A DNA stretch of 64,000 nucleotides from a virus: positions 43,651 to 107,650 of the IMG/VR virus record IMGVR_UViG_3300043548_000722; one strand, given 5' to 3'. This document shows, one piece after another, positions 62,860 through 64,000 of the stretch; the stretch's first letter is position 1; each line of letters opens with the position of its first letter. The translations under genes and the position numbers were made by a program. The notes under the pieces are model-generated. The model ran no database searches. It had not been told where the DNA came from and saw only the letters and a list, made by a program, of their open reading frames with translations.

Positions 62860-63057
62860 ATGGAATCCTTTGCAGACGTCACCACGGTGGCACTGGAAAT
62901 GCTCGAGCAAGGCCGAATCGCGGTGGATGGTAAGCACGGATACAAGGCCGCGCACAAGCGGATGCGTAAGCTATCCAATCACCTTACGAAGCTCCTCGTG
63001 CAGCTTCGTAAGGAGAGCATGGCTGCGTGCGGCCAGCGTGATGGAGGGGAGGAGTGA
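62860..63057 (+). CDS. Histone H1-like (Hc1 N-terminal-like) basic helical protein
   Basis: GYKAAHKRMRKLSNHLTKLLVQLRKES resembles the Hc1 GNKAAgtRaRk...RkeS motif; GAGGTG RBS. Confidence 0.55.
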   Translation: MESFADVTTVALEMLEQGRIAVDGKHGYKAAHKRMRKLSNHLTKLLVQLRKESMAACGQRDGGEE

Positions 63058-63278
63058 TGGACCAGATCGAGGTTCGCCTCTTCTCTAAGCAGGACCGGAA
63101 CGGCGATGAGTATTTCATCGGCAGTACGGAACTTCCCGCCTCTGTGGACCTCTCTGAGGTCACCTTTGTTTTCTTTCTTCCAATCGAGGGAGAGACGAAG
63201 GGATCTCTGAAGATCCGTCCGCGGCAGCCGCGCCGGGCACCTACTACGCATGACGCTGTCGAGCAGACAGACGACTAA
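63054..63278 (+). CDS. Hypothetical protein, 74 aa
   Basis: GGAGG RBS. Confidence 0.7.
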   Translation: MMDQIEVRLFSKQDRNGDEYFIGSTELPASVDLSEVTFVFFLPIEGETKGSLKIRPRQPRRAPTTHDAVEQTDD

Positions 63279-63282
63279 ACTC

Positions 63283-63313
63283 TCGAGAGGGGGCTCTTTG
63301 AGCCCCCTCTCGA
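63283..63313. terminator. 14-bp hairpin before tRNA cluster
   Basis: TCGAGAGGGGGCTC-TTT-GAGCCCCCTCTCGA; no clear U-tract on +. Confidence 0.55.
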
Positions 63314-63330
63314 AAATTCTTTGAAAATGC

Positions 63331-63339
63331 GTTATAAGA
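63331..63339 (+). promoter_or_regulatory. Putative tRNA-cluster promoter GTTATAAGA
   Basis: Shared motif ending 10 nt before tRNA-Arg. Confidence 0.55.
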
Positions 63340-63349
63340 AAGTTGAAAG

Positions 63350-63426
63350 CTCGTTGTAGCTCAGTTGGATAGAGCGCCCGCCTTCTAAGCGGGGGGTCCC
63401 AGGTTCGAGTCCTGGCGACGAGGCCA
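63350..63426 (+). tRNA. tRNA-Arg(TCT)
   Basis: Cloverleaf; anticodon arm CCCGC-CTTCTAA-GCGGG; GTTCGAGTC; CCA. Confidence 0.95.
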
Positions 63427-63430
63427 TTTT

Positions 63431-63506
63431 TCCGGTATAGCTCAGTCGGTAGAGCAACGGACTGTTAATCCGTGGGTCACTGGTTCGAGTCCAGTTGCCG
63501 GAGCCA
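63431..63506 (+). tRNA. tRNA-Asn(GTT)
   Basis: ACGGA-CTGTTAA-TCCGT; GTTCGAGTC; CCA. Confidence 0.97.
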
Positions 63507-63509
63507 CTT

Positions 63510-63585
63510 GGGGACATAGCTCAGCTGGGAGAGCATCTGCTTTGCACGCAGAGGGTCAGGGGTTCGAGTCCCCTTGTCTCCACCA
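63510..63585 (+). tRNA. tRNA-Ala(TGC)
   Basis: TCTGC-TTTGCAC-GCAGA; G3:U70 pair; CCA. Confidence 0.97.
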
Positions 63586-63627
63586 CTTTGACGAGCGCCC
63601 CTGCGGTAGTGGGGCAGTGAGGTAATC

Positions 63628-63948
63628 ATGGCAAAGAGTGCGCCGGCGACCGTTTCCGGCACCCCCAACTCAAAGGGCCGCGAGGCCCGACAGAACCGCG
63701 AAGCGCGGCGTACCCGTAAGGCGCTGCGCCACGCCGAGAAGCGCGGCGCCAGCTCCGAGCGTGTGGCCCGCATCAAGAGCCATCTCGCCGCGATCGAGGA
63801 GGGCAAAGCTCCCGGCCCCAACATGGGGCGCAAGCAGCGGCGCGATGCCGCACTCGCGCAGCAGAAAGCTGCGATCGAGTCGAAGAAGGCGGCCAGGGCC
63901 GCGATCGTGGTCACCGCCGCCGACGGCAAAGTGACCGAAGTCAAGTAG
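63628..63948 (+). CDS. Highly basic Arg/Lys/Ala-rich protein inside the tRNA cluster
   Basis: GAGGT RBS, strong codon bias. Confidence 0.8.
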   Translation: MAKSAPATVSGTPNSKGREARQNREARRTRKALRHAEKRGASSERVARIKSHLAAIEEGKAPGPNMGRKQRRDAALAQQKAAIESKKAARAAIVVTAADGKVTEVK

Positions 63949-63955
63949 GTTGAGC

Positions 63956-64000
63956 GGGGCGGTAGCTCAGTGGTTAGAGCAGCAGGCTTATATCCTGCCG
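63956..64000 (+). tRNA. tRNA-Ile(TAT), 5' part (cut by window end)
   Basis: GGGGCGG-TA-GCTC-AGTGGTTA-GAGC-A-GCAGG-CTTATAT-CCTGC; anticodon TAT 63989-63991. Confidence 0.85.

Larger units (their letters stand above)
1..64000. mobile_element. Segment of a large tailed phage genome (myovirus-like, probably jumbo)
   Basis: Phage-type replication genes, baseplate J/gp25-like tail genes, a sigma factor, ATP-dependent ligase, GroES, tRNA cluster, many overlapping ORFans, no cellular housekeeping operons. Confidence 0.93.

Noticed and set aside
1-64000. Stop-codon reassignment
   Set aside because: Standard code gives long tiling ORFs; TAA, TAG and TGA all end genes with normal overlaps; no suppressor tRNA seen

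Overview
The whole window is a gene-dense segment of a large tailed dsDNA bacteriophage, probably a jumbo myovirus. No capsid, portal, terminase or prohead protease gene is visible here, and the host cannot be read from the sequence. 1-7.9 kb (+): replication/recombination module (family A DNA polymerase, HU-like, RecA-like, two resolvase-type nucleases, Cas4-like exonuclease). 7.9-44.7 kb (-): tail/baseplate operon (baseplate J-like, gp25-like, hub with an M15 peptidase insert, tape-measure-like protein, fibres) with an embedded sigma-70-family factor. 44.7-47.5 kb: ATP-dependent DNA ligase island. 47.5-56.1 kb (-): cluster of mosaic multi-domain proteins. 56-62 kb (-): small genes including GroES and a tail-chaperone-like pair joined by a -1 slippery site. 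62-64 kb (+): small genes and a tRNA cluster, including a rare tRNA-Ile(UAU) cut by the window edge. Most interesting observation: in the 47.5-56.1 kb cluster every boundary I can place between unrelated domains (SWIM finger, nucleotidyltransferase, SNF2 helicase, RNase-like, permuted papain, HNH, two Zn peptidases, kinase and others) carries a K-x-A/S tripeptide. The same motif ends short N-terminal leaders on several proteins, including the sigma factor. I infer a virion-packaged, protease-processed effector polyprotein system with a K-x-A/S cleavage/targeting code and exchangeable modules. All family assignments are motif recognition by eye; no searches were run.
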